Shown here piece after piece: positions 7,207-15,457 of a stretch of 39,311 bases of DNA; the stretch's first letter is position 1; each line of letters starts with the position of its first letter. The stretch lies in the IMG/VR virus record IMGVR_UViG_3300029713_000019; one strand, given 5' to 3'. This DNA comes from a virus. The translations under genes and the position numbers were made by a program. The notes beneath the pieces are model-generated. The model worked only from the letters and a program-made list of their open reading frames with translations, was not told where the DNA came from and did no database searches.

Positions 7207-8105
7207 GTGATTCGAAGAAAAAAGAAAACTTAAGAAGAAAAATCAATTCTTTTATCGAAGAAGAGATATTCGATGAAAAATCATCCAAAACGATATCTGC
7301 ATATCGCCGTATCCCTTCTGATTTTGTCAATCAACTAAAAGATGGCCAGGAAGTTACAAAAAAAGATCTTTTATCATATAAGGATCATTTGATCAAAAAA
7401 TACAAGCCATCAACGGTTAATGTATATCTTACGATCCTGAATAAATTTATTAAATATTGCGAGGTCGTAGAAAACACAGATGAGTTTGATTTCACGATGT
7501 TGAAAAAACACTATTCAAAAAATGTCGTAAAGAACATTCGTATTCAGGCTCCGGACTCTTTGGACGACATCCTAAATCCATCCGATTTCAAGAGGATGAG
7601 ACGAAAGGCAAAGGAAAAGGGAGACAAGCGAACATATCTCATCTTATCGGTATATGGGTTCACAGGCATCCGCGCAAAGGAAATTGATTTCTTTACAGTG
7701 GATGCGTTAAAAGCATCCAAGGATTTTGTACAGGTGACAAACAAAGGAAAGACACGAAAAGTGCCGGTACCAGGAACATTGAGAAGAGATCTTCTTCGAT
7801 ATGCCAAAGAAAATCATATTGATTCAGGTCCTATATTCAGAAATCCGGATGGACAGCCATTGTCCTATTCCAGGATCTATCGATGTTTGAAAGACCTGGC
7901 AGGAGAATGTAGAGGAATCAAGAAATCAAAGGTACATCCTCACAGTTTTAGACATTTATTTGCTTATTATTTCCTGGAAGGCAATGAAAGCCGATTGGCA
8001 GAACTGGCTGACATACTTGGCCATAGTTCATTAGAAACGACAAGGATTTATCTAAGAACGACGATAAAAATGAAAAAACAAAAAATGGAAAGGATTAGGT
8101 ATTAG
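7188..8105 (+). CDS. tyrosine site-specific recombinase (XerC/D-integrase family)
   Basis: C-terminal catalytic motifs HPHSFRHLFA and LGHSSLETTRIYLR (R-H-R-Y); N-terminal SAM-like core-binding domain. Confidence 0.8.
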   Translation: MPFRKVGDSKKKENLRRKINSFIEEEIFDEKSSKTISAYRRIPSDFVNQLKDGQEVTKKDLLSYKDHLIKKYKPSTVNVYLTILNKFIKYCEVVENTDEFDFTMLKKHYSKNVVKNIRIQAPDSLDDILNPSDFKRMRRKAKEKGDKRTYLILSVYGFTGIRAKEIDFFTVDALKASKDFVQVTNKGKTRKVPVPGTLRRDLLRYAKENHIDSGPIFRNPDGQPLSYSRIYRCLKDLAGECRGIKKSKVHPHSFRHLFAYYFLEGNESRLAELADILGHSSLETTRIYLRTTIKMKKQKMERIRY

Positions 8106-8109
8106 CTTT

Positions 8110-8802
8110 ATGAAGCACATGGTCCAGTTTAGCGGTGGAAAAGATTCTACTGCGATGCTAAAGAAAATGATTGAGCAAAAGTGGGATATAGATGAAGTCG
8201 TGTTTTTCGATACTGGCTGGGAATTTAATGCAATATATCAATCAATCGAAGATATGAGAATTTTTCTCAAAAAGATGGGTATAAAGTTCACAATCCTAAA
8301 GTCTGAAAGATCTTTTGATTACTTGGCTTTTGAAAAAGAAGTTCATAAGCGAAACGGAACCGTCCAAAACGGATATGGATGGTGTGGAGGTTTATGTCGA
8401 TGGGGAACAACAGAAAAACTGAAAGCATTGGAACGTTACTGCAAAGGAGAAATTGAATATGTTGGTCTTGCCTTTGATGAACAAAAAAGAATACAAAAGG
8501 AAAGAAAAGGTATCAAAGTTTTTCCTTTAAACGATTGGAAAATGACAGAAGCAGATGCATTGCAGCATTGTTATGAAACAGGAACACTTTATGAAGAACA
8601 TGGTTTCAAATTATATGACATTCTTGATAGAGCTTCCTGCTTCTGCTGCGCTAATAAGAACCTGAAAGAGCTAAGAGGTATTTATCGTGATCTTCCAGAT
8701 TATTGGGAAAGGTTAAAGGTTATGCAGCAAAGAACTCCTTGGCTTTATAAAAAGATTGGAATTGATGCATTGGAACATCGATTTGAAGAAGAACTTTTAT
8801 GA
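8110..8802 (+). CDS. PAPS-reductase family (PP-loop ATP pyrophosphatase) protein
   Basis: N-terminal PP-loop FSGGKDS; C-terminal Cys cluster (CGGLCRWG, CFCC). Confidence 0.7.
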   Translation: MKHMVQFSGGKDSTAMLKKMIEQKWDIDEVVFFDTGWEFNAIYQSIEDMRIFLKKMGIKFTILKSERSFDYLAFEKEVHKRNGTVQNGYGWCGGLCRWGTTEKLKALERYCKGEIEYVGLAFDEQKRIQKERKGIKVFPLNDWKMTEADALQHCYETGTLYEEHGFKLYDILDRASCFCCANKNLKELRGIYRDLPDYWERLKVMQQRTPWLYKKIGIDALEHRFEEELL

Positions 8803-9017
8803 AAGGAAGTGAAGATATGAATGAATTAAAACCATGTCCGTTTTGCGGAGGTAAAGTGAAAAAAGCAAAAAATCCATTAACAAGAGCAATATTATTTATT
8901 TGTGATCATTGCGGTGCTGATGTTTGCTTCTATGAAGCAGAACACGATCCAAAAGCAACTGAAGCATGGAACAAACGAATATCATACGATTACGAAGGGT
9001 TTACAGAATGCAAATGA
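8799..9017 (+). CDS. Lar-family restriction-alleviation-like zinc-ribbon protein
   Basis: LKPCPFCGG ... CDHCG ... EAWNKR pattern matches my recollection of the Lar family; not checked against a profile. Confidence 0.5.
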   Translation: MKGSEDMNELKPCPFCGGKVKKAKNPLTRAILFICDHCGADVCFYEAEHDPKATEAWNKRISYDYEGFTECK

Positions 9018-9051
9018 AAGAAAAAATAATTCTTTTGTGTGGAGGAAAATT

Positions 9052-9357
9052 ATGGATTTAAAAACCGATTTTAAAACATATCTTGAATCACATTTTTACG
9101 ATAATAGAAACATACAAAGGAATCGTTGGATTTTTAGATTTAGCGGTAATAAAGGTTTGCTTGTAATATGCAATCTTTACAAAGGTAAAGTTGTATCGTT
9201 TGGTTGCAAGACAGCGCCTTTTGAGGCATATGATATCCATTTTGTTTATGATTATGAAATAAAAAGAGATGGCATGCAGATAACGCGTTGTGTTGGAAAT
9301 TATCTATCAGAAGAACGTATCAATGAAATTCTTCATGAGATGGATAATCAAAAATAG
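9052..9357 (+). CDS. hypothetical protein
   Basis: GGAGG RBS before the ATG at 9052; the ORF-track start 8902 overlaps the upstream gene and lacks an RBS. Confidence 0.45.
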   Translation: MDLKTDFKTYLESHFYDNRNIQRNRWIFRFSGNKGLLVICNLYKGKVVSFGCKTAPFEAYDIHFVYDYEIKRDGMQITRCVGNYLSEERINEILHEMDNQK

Positions 9358-9440
9358 AAAGAAACATTGAATACGAGTTTAACTCGATAAACTAGAAAAA
9401 AAACTCGAATAAATATCAAAATAGGAAAGCAGGTTATTCA

Positions 9441-9623
9441 ATGAAAATATTGTTATTGATTTTGGATTTTATATTTTACAGTATAATTTACTTTTCGATG
9501 AAGTTAGGTCTTGAATCAATTGGGATAACAGGTTTATTGAATTGGATTATCTTAATTGTTTCTATAATTACTTATGATTTAATTAATTATTATTTAGAAA
9601 TCAGGTGGGAGAATGAATATTAA
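9441..9623 (+). CDS. small membrane protein (two TM helices)
   Basis: Highly hydrophobic 60-aa ORF. Confidence 0.35.
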   Translation: MKILLLILDFIFYSIIYFSMKLGLESIGITGLLNWIILIVSIITYDLINYYLEIRWENEY

Positions 9624-9918
9624 GTTTTATGCACCTAAAGAGGAAGTAATTCCTACTAGATTAAGGTTAATGGTTGACGGAAAACAGGTTGATTATAAAA
9701 GAGTTGATAATGAATTTGCTTATGATTTTCAATTTTATGATACAGAAGTAAATGAATGTTTTGAGATTGCAAGGGAAATATCAAAAATCATGTGTTCACA
9801 GTCTAATGACCACGGTGCTAGATGGGTAGTAACTGATATTTCTCTAGTAGAGCAAGAAGAACGATATTCTGTTGGAGTGATTGTACGTGTTGATTTTAGG
9901 ATTAGAGATAGTTATTGA
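9613..9918 (+). CDS. hypothetical protein
   Basis: ORF in a co-directional early gene array. Confidence 0.45.
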   Translation: MNIKFYAPKEEVIPTRLRLMVDGKQVDYKRVDNEFAYDFQFYDTEVNECFEIAREISKIMCSQSNDHGARWVVTDISLVEQEERYSVGVIVRVDFRIRDSY

Positions 9919-9943
9919 TAGCAGGTGGAAGCATGATTAAAAA

Positions 9944-10162
9944 ATGACGAATAGAGAATACTTAATATCTCAATTAAATGATGAAGACTTTATCGATGAT
10001 GGTGGGGCTAGCTATGAAGCAACGATTTATAACAGTATTTCTTGTCCTTATCTTCTCGGAGATAAAAGAGCCTTATGCAATGATGTTTCTATAGATAAAG
10101 TTGATAGAGATATGTGTTTTAGATGCAAAGAAAAATGGTTGAATAGTGAAGTTGATGAATAA
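9944..10162 (+). CDS. hypothetical Cys-containing protein
   Basis: ORF. Confidence 0.4.
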   Translation: MTNREYLISQLNDEDFIDDGGASYEATIYNSISCPYLLGDKRALCNDVSIDKVDRDMCFRCKEKWLNSEVDE

Positions 10163-10318
10163 AGGTGAAGAATGAAGAAATACATTGAGTGGTTTATAAA
10201 TTATGGGTTTGAAATTCTTTTAATCTCTATATTCGGAATTATGATGCTTTTAGGAATTATTGGAATAATAAGTTTATTCGTTTTAATTAAAATGATTTTT
10301 TAGAAAGAAGGAGGAAGT

Positions 10319-10702
10319 ATGAAAATTGAAACATATTTATCAAAATTAATGGACATTTTTCCAGATAGTTTTATAAACCGTTTAAATGAACTTATTTTGA
10401 TTCCTGAAACAAATTTATATTTTCGTTTAAACGATGTTGAATCTGAATTTGACGTTAAATGTAAGCTTCTTGAATGGTGTTCCAGAGATGCAACAAAGGC
10501 AATGCCTTATCAAATCGATAAAAGAAACAAAATTTACCAAGATATAGTTCGTGTAAGAATAAATAAGTATCTTGGAACTAATTTCAATAGAGAACAAATG
10601 GAAGTTATTTATTGTGAACTTGGAAATAAAATCAATCATTCTCTAACAATTAAGTTCATTGAAAATAGTTATGATTTTAATGTTTTTGAGGTAGAAGAAT
10701 GA
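10319..10702 (+). CDS. hypothetical protein
   Basis: GAAGGAGGAAG RBS before the ATG. Confidence 0.45.
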   Translation: MKIETYLSKLMDIFPDSFINRLNELILIPETNLYFRLNDVESEFDVKCKLLEWCSRDATKAMPYQIDKRNKIYQDIVRVRINKYLGTNFNREQMEVIYCELGNKINHSLTIKFIENSYDFNVFEVEE

Positions 10703-10881
10703 ATGAGCAAGGATCATTATCAAGATTATCTTCAAAATGCAGGAACTGTAGATATGTTAAAACCTGTAATCATAAGAAGATGGAAGCATTAGCGTATTTA
10801 CTACCAACAATAAATAATTTAGAAAATTCAATAGTTCAACAAATAGCAAGGAAAAGAAAGGTTAAATATAGGTAAAATATA

Positions 10882-11373
10882 ATGTTAACAAATGAAGAAA
10901 TAAATAAATTAAATGAAATTAGTATGATGCAGGATAAACTAGATGAAGAAATTTTAAAAGTTCATGAATGCAATTTTGATTTAGAAAAATCAAAGCTTGC
11001 CTTAATTGATGAACTTGGTGAAACAAATCATGAGAATAAAGCTAATTGGTGCTGGTGGAAGTTTACTCAGGAACCTGTTAACAAGTCAAAGCTTTTAAAG
11101 GAATTAGTTGATTGTTGGCATTTTGCTATGAGTATTTATAACCATACAAGAACAGATATGGATATAAAAAGAAATGTTAAAAGTTATGAAGTTGAAAAAT
11201 ATCAAAGATATGAACTTTCAAAATTAATAGCATGGGTAATATTAAAAACAGAAAATATTTTAGCTATCATGATTGCAATTACGAATAAACTAGGTTTTAC
11301 AATTGATGAAATTTATACAGCATATGTTGCAAAAAATAGAGTAAATTATGAACGTTTAAAAAATGGATATTAA
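10882..11373 (+). CDS. dimeric (all-alpha) dUTPase-like nucleotide pyrophosphatase
   Basis: Motifs ALIDELGE, WCWWK, ELVDCWHFAMS and C-terminal YTAYVAKNRVNYERLKNGY resemble the dimeric dUTPase family (Y..K..N..R...GY). Confidence 0.55.
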   Translation: MLTNEEINKLNEISMMQDKLDEEILKVHECNFDLEKSKLALIDELGETNHENKANWCWWKFTQEPVNKSKLLKELVDCWHFAMSIYNHTRTDMDIKRNVKSYEVEKYQRYELSKLIAWVILKTENILAIMIAITNKLGFTIDEIYTAYVAKNRVNYERLKNGY

Positions 11374-11403
11374 AAAATAATTTTTTGAAAGAGGAGAAGA
11401 AAA

Positions 11404-11808
11404 ATGATAAATAAAGCCGTTTTGATTGGACGACTAACTAGAAGTATTGAAATAAGAAAAACACCTTCTGGCACAAGTGTATGCGACTTTACTTTGACAG
11501 TTAATAGAAATAAACAGGTAGAAGGTCAACCAGATGCTGATTTTATAGGTTGTATAGCTTGGAACAAGACTGCTGACCTTATGTTCCAATATCTCCACAA
11601 AGGTTCATTAATTGCAGTTGAAGGAAGAATACAAACAAGCTCATATGATAATAAAAAAGGCGAAAGAGTATATAAAACTCACGTAGTTGCAGAAAACATT
11701 CAATTTTTAGAACCAAAATCTAATGATAAATATACGAATGATGAAGATATAACAATGCAGGCAGAGAAAGAATCATCATATATAAGTAATGAAGATCTTC
11801 CTTTTTGA
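11404..11808 (+). CDS. ssb: single-stranded DNA-binding protein
   Basis: OB-fold SSB N-terminus (MINKAVLIGRLTRSIEIRKTPSG ... DFIGCIAWNKTADL ... VEGRIQT) and acidic C-terminal tail ending DLPF. Confidence 0.9.
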   Translation: MINKAVLIGRLTRSIEIRKTPSGTSVCDFTLTVNRNKQVEGQPDADFIGCIAWNKTADLMFQYLHKGSLIAVEGRIQTSSYDNKKGERVYKTHVVAENIQFLEPKSNDKYTNDEDITMQAEKESSYISNEDLPF

Positions 11809-11866
11809 TTCTGTATATGTATATTTAGACAGATTTTATAAGTAATTCAAAAGAAGGAGGAAAAAC

Positions 11867-12247
11867 ATGAAAAAAATAATATCAGTCATTTTACTTAGTT
11901 TATTGTTGGTTGGATGCTCAGAGGCAGATCGTGTATCGCATAATTTATCACAGGAAGCAGACAATTTTAACGATGTTAGACAAATTACTGTAATGAATTG
12001 CCTAAAAGGTGAAGTTCTGTTCCAAATGACTGGGAAAATGTCAATTTATGCAGATACATCAGACAATCAACTTGAGGTTACGGTCGAAGACGAGAATGGA
12101 GAATACAAAAAACATTTTATTGGTCTATCAGATAACGTTACATATGTAATAGAAGATATTACGACTGGGGATGTTAGCAAATATAAATACACTTTGAATT
12201 TCAATCCAAACATGGTCATTCCATTTGACGCGGAAACAATCGATTAG
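11867..12247 (+). CDS. lipoprotein (signal peptide plus lipobox LLVGC)
   Basis: MKKIISVILLSLLLVGCSE; strong GGAGG RBS; candidate surface-exposed exclusion or moron protein. Confidence 0.6.
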   Translation: MKKIISVILLSLLLVGCSEADRVSHNLSQEADNFNDVRQITVMNCLKGEVLFQMTGKMSIYADTSDNQLEVTVEDENGEYKKHFIGLSDNVTYVIEDITTGDVSKYKYTLNFNPNMVIPFDAETID

Positions 12248-12260
12248 GAGGAAATAGACG

Positions 12261-12635
12261 ATGACTAATTTAGAATGGGTAAAAAATAATTTTAATAGGC
12301 TTGAATTATCTAATGATGATTTATTTTGTGATATTGCATTTATATCTAAAACTGGTAAAAGTTGCGTGGAGTGTAAAGGAACATGCTGTAGTGAATGCCA
12401 ATTTAGAAATATTAGACGTGCAATAGATTTTCTTTTACAAGAACGCAAAGAACCAATCAAATTAAAAAAATGGGAGTATGACCTGATACGAACAAATGAT
12501 CACTCACATGAAAATTTATTTTATACTTTTGCCACGTATAGGAATATGAAAAGAGTAGGACATTTTTCAGGCATTAAAGATACATCAATGACTCTTGAAG
12601 AAATCCTGAACAATTGTGAGGTAGTGGATGATTAG
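12261..12635 (+). CDS. hypothetical Cys-rich protein (CVECKGTCCSEC)
   Basis: ORF with AGGAGG RBS. Confidence 0.45.
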   Translation: MTNLEWVKNNFNRLELSNDDLFCDIAFISKTGKSCVECKGTCCSECQFRNIRRAIDFLLQERKEPIKLKKWEYDLIRTNDHSHENLFYTFATYRNMKRVGHFSGIKDTSMTLEEILNNCEVVDD

Positions 12636-12927
12636 AAAGTATTTACCTCTTATCATATTGATTCTTGCTTTATGGCTTATGGAAATCATCAGTTTTCCTT
12701 TGTTAAAAGATTCAGGACCTATGCCAGGTCAGGAGGGATATCATGAAATTTCTTGAAGTGTTTGTTATTGCTTTAGAAATTTTATTAATTGCAGCATTAA
12801 TAGGAATTTTGATACAAGTTTTGGCTGATGTAGTTTACTGGCCAATTTTATGGATATTTGAATTATCTAAGTATGTTTTATGATTTTTAAATAAATATGA
12901 ATCCAAAAAAGAAAGAAGGTCGATATA

Positions 12928-13593
12928 ATGCCAAAGATTATCGAATTTCTAATGCTAGACCCAAAAGACCCAACAATCATCGTTGGAGAAACAACTAGTA
13001 AGGATATCCGTAATGAACTGAATATTAGTGGGAATCAATTTCAGTATTGGCTTTCTAAGAACGAAACTTACAAAGGATGCATTATTGTAGAAAAAAATAT
13101 TAATGATATTTCAGATGATGAAAAACAATTTGATCAACTAATTTGTATTAATTCTAGAGGTTGGAAATATTATGCAACACCTGAGTGTAAGATTTATGTT
13201 TTACATAAAGGAAGTAAGAGAAAATACCTATCACTATATAAGAAAACAAATCGTGATAATTTGTATTTTGTTAAGATCAATGGAAAAGAAGAATCAGCAA
13301 TACGTATATTTGCTAAAGCATTTCTTGGATTAAAACCAAATCAAGTTTGCTATTTACAAGGAAAATTATCACTAGAAAACATTAAAATTTATAGCAAACA
13401 ACATTTAGCTAGAAAAACAGGAAAGATGGCAAAATCAATTCCTGTAGGATTATTCATAAATAAAAAGAAAGTTAATGAATGGACAAGCGCTAGGGATGCT
13501 GCAAAAGATTTGTATATAAGTAATCAGACTGTATGCGACTACTGCAATCAAAAAACAAAAAAGCCTTTATATGATTTAAGATGGCTTGCTTAA
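12928..13593 (+). CDS. HNH_3/NUMOD-like homing-endonuclease-related protein with C-terminal HTH (possibly catalytically degenerate)
   Basis: Segment YFVKINGKEESAIRIFAKAFLGLKP parallels the HNH_3 core (NGY..V.L....K....VHRLVAEAF.P) but lacks the His; C-terminal NEWTSARDAAKDLYISNQTV resembles the NUMOD1/IENR DNA-binding helix. Confidence 0.35.
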   Translation: MPKIIEFLMLDPKDPTIIVGETTSKDIRNELNISGNQFQYWLSKNETYKGCIIVEKNINDISDDEKQFDQLICINSRGWKYYATPECKIYVLHKGSKRKYLSLYKKTNRDNLYFVKINGKEESAIRIFAKAFLGLKPNQVCYLQGKLSLENIKIYSKQHLARKTGKMAKSIPVGLFINKKKVNEWTSARDAAKDLYISNQTVCDYCNQKTKKPLYDLRWLA

Positions 13594-13739
13594 TAAAATT
13601 CTTAAAAAAATAGAATGAAAAATCTTAAAAAGTTTTTGTAGTAAAAAAAGTAAACTTTTATTCGATAAATACTGGTTATTTTTGAAGTTAGAAACAGTGA
13701 AGATAATATGTAGTAATCTACACATAGAAAGGAGGAGCC

Positions 13740-13946
13740 ATGATTGACAAATTAGTCGATAGAGGATTCGATAAAGTGTGTGATAATCAGGTCCTTTTGA
13801 TATACGAAAAGGGGATGGACAAAATCACCATCAATAAGATAGCCAAGACGATAAAAGCAGAAAACACATTCAATGGAAGAGGGCTTGAGTTATCGTTTAT
13901 AGAATTAAAGATCATTTATGAGATGATCAGTGAAATGGAGGATTAG
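13740..13946 (+). CDS. hypothetical protein
   Basis: AAAGGAGGAG RBS. Confidence 0.4.
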   Translation: MIDKLVDRGFDKVCDNQVLLIYEKGMDKITINKIAKTIKAENTFNGRGLELSFIELKIIYEMISEMED

Positions 13947-14139
13947 GAAGAAAAAAGAAAACAAGGAACTAAATGACATGATTGCTCGTCAAATCCAGAA
14001 GAGTTACACAGCTGACGAGCAGAAAAGAAAAGTTCATAAGTTAGGCACGATTTGCGTGCAAAACGGAATTGATGAAAACGATCTTTTTAAAATGATCAGA
14101 GATAGAAAATCGATCGAAGACTATGATTGGACATCCTAG
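13930..14139 (+). CDS. hypothetical protein
   Basis: ORF overlapping upstream stop. Confidence 0.4.
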   Translation: MKWRIRKKKENKELNDMIARQIQKSYTADEQKRKVHKLGTICVQNGIDENDLFKMIRDRKSIEDYDWTS

Positions 14140-14152
14140 GAGGTAAGAGTAA

Positions 14153-14611
14153 ATGGACAGAAAAGACTATATCCGAGCTAAGACAGATATTCTTTGGAGC
14201 AAGTTATATAACTATCGTAGATTTAATACGGAATACTTGTTTCTTCAAGATGAACTGGCAAAGTTGGATGAGAAGGTAAAGGATCTTCAAAAGCCAAAAG
14301 GAATATCATTAAGTGATGATCGTGTACAGAATCCAAAAAGCCAGGACACGATATTGTTGGAAATATTCACGAAACAAAAGCAAGTGGAAAAAGAAATGCT
14401 ACTTGCGTTTGGTAAAATGAGTGAAATACGAACGATCATCAACCTTATAGAAGATGAGGACATCAAGGGTATAGCAATTAAGAAGTTCATCAATGATGTA
14501 TCCTGGGATGAATTAGCACATGAGTATTGCTGCGATCGAGGCACTTTGGTCTATAAGATAAAAAAGGAACTTTCGAAATTTCTTCATTTTTCACAATGTG
14601 AAAAGGATTAG
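14153..14611 (+). CDS. ArpU/RinA-like late-gene transcriptional activator
   Basis: About 150 aa with a sigma-70 region-4-like C-terminal helix (SWDELAHEYCCDRGTLVYKIKKEL); positioned immediately upstream of tRNA-like elements, HNH and terminase genes as in many Firmicute phages. Confidence 0.5.
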   Translation: MDRKDYIRAKTDILWSKLYNYRRFNTEYLFLQDELAKLDEKVKDLQKPKGISLSDDRVQNPKSQDTILLEIFTKQKQVEKEMLLAFGKMSEIRTIINLIEDEDIKGIAIKKFINDVSWDELAHEYCCDRGTLVYKIKKELSKFLHFSQCEKD

Positions 14612-14641
14612 TGTGTTATTATGATATCGTCGAAAAGATCA

Positions 14642-14668
14642 GGACAAGAGAGTCTTGGTCTTTTTTTT
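14642..14668 (+). terminator. rho-independent terminator (imperfect hairpin then T8)
   Basis: GGACAAGAGAGTCTTGGTC followed by TTTTTTTT (14661-14668) after the ArpU-like gene. Confidence 0.5.
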
Positions 14669-14800
14669 GCATCGTTATGCTTAACTGGAAAGCAAGTGTA
14701 AATGTTCTGTATAGGTCTTTATCTTGTAGGTACTGACTTCATTTATATGGGGGCGGTTCACGCTGACCTCTTATGAGTTCGAATCTCATACGATGCACCA
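14669..14800 (+). ncRNA. 132-nt tRNA-like element with a large (~60-nt) insertion in the variable-arm position, ending ACCA
   Basis: Acceptor GCATCGT pairs with ACGATGC before A-CCA (14798-14800); canonical U8-A9; D-arm TGCT/taactggaaa/AGCA; T-arm ATGAG-TTCGAAT-CTCAT; an extra AGGTC...GACCT stem encloses ~47 nt. Confidence 0.3.
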
Positions 14801-14803
14801 AAT

Positions 14804-14877
14804 GGCAGACTAGTGTAACGGTAACATAGCAGTCTCTTCAGCTGTTGAAGATGGTTCGACTCCATCGTCTGCAACCA
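14804..14877 (+). tRNA. candidate tRNA (anticodon CTT, Lys?) with atypical features
   Basis: Perfect T-arm GATGG-TTCGACT-CCATC, acceptor GGCAGAC/GTCTGCA (G1-A72 mismatch), discriminator A, encoded CCA; D-arm GTGT/aacggta/ACAT; anticodon stem has two G-U pairs and C37 is unusual. Confidence 0.35.
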
Positions 14878-14896
14878 AAAAGAAAGGTGGATATTC

Positions 14897-15205
14897 ATGG
14901 ACTATAGCAGTAGCCGATGGCGCAAGAAGCGATTGCATATTCTCAAGAAGGATAAGTATATCTGTCAAGTCATGAAGTGGTATGGCTTGAGGGAAGAAGC
15001 TACGATCGTGCATCATATCTATCCTGCAGATGAATATCCTGAATATAGATTCTGTGATTGGAACCTGATATCCGTATCAGCCAATGGACACAATAAGTTA
15101 GAGAATCGATTGACTGGAGAGTTGACTGATCTTGGACGTTGGTTGATGGAAAAGACGATACCTGGACAGGACTGGCGAACAAGCAAAGAGAGGTATTCAA
15201 TATGA
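14897..15205 (+). CDS. HNH endonuclease (terminase-associated)
   Basis: HNH motif (CQV...VHHIYP...NLISVSANGHNKLEN); directly upstream of terminase small and large subunits, as in HK97-like cos phages. Confidence 0.85.
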   Translation: MDYSSSRWRKKRLHILKKDKYICQVMKWYGLREEATIVHHIYPADEYPEYRFCDWNLISVSANGHNKLENRLTGELTDLGRWLMEKTIPGQDWRTSKERYSI

Positions 15206-15342
15206 CGGAATTACTTGAATCAATCGACATGACATTGAAGATATATCTTGGCTATCGTGCCGGTCTGATCACGCAAAAACAAATTGCAGAATATCTAGGC
15301 ATCGACATCGATGCGCTGGAAAAAGAAAAATATTTTTTATAG
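15202..15342 (+). CDS. small hypothetical protein (46 aa, HTH-like QKQIAEYLGID)
   Basis: GAGAGG RBS before the ATG at 15202 overlapping the HNH stop; the ORF-track start 15139 lies inside the HNH gene. Confidence 0.3.
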   Translation: MTELLESIDMTLKIYLGYRAGLITQKQIAEYLGIDIDALEKEKYFL

Positions 15343-15457
15343 ATCCCCCCCTGTTTTTGAAATCGATTTGTAATCAACGAATCTGGGGGAGTGGAGGTTT
15401 TTCCAACTCTGGTTGATTTTTGGAGTTAAAGAGAGGCAAGGAGGTGAGGTTCGAAAA
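15343..15457. other. C/G-tract intergenic region, candidate cos site
   Basis: C7 run (15345-15351) and G5 run (15385-15389) forming a partial inverted repeat (CCCCCCTG / CTGGGGGAG) in an otherwise AT-rich genome, between the HNH gene and terS. Confidence 0.3.

Noticed and set aside
8902-9051. Track start 8902 for the 151-aa ORF
   Set aside because: Overlaps the Lar-like gene for 115 nt; a GGAGG RBS precedes the internal ATG at 9052
14669-14800. tmRNA or group I intron-containing tRNA interpretation of the 132-nt element
   Set aside because: Far too short for tmRNA (no tag ORF) or a group I intron; kept only as a tRNA-like element with an insertion
14810-15016. 68-aa minus-strand ORF
   Set aside because: Overlaps the tRNA-like element and the 5' part of the HNH gene; no RBS
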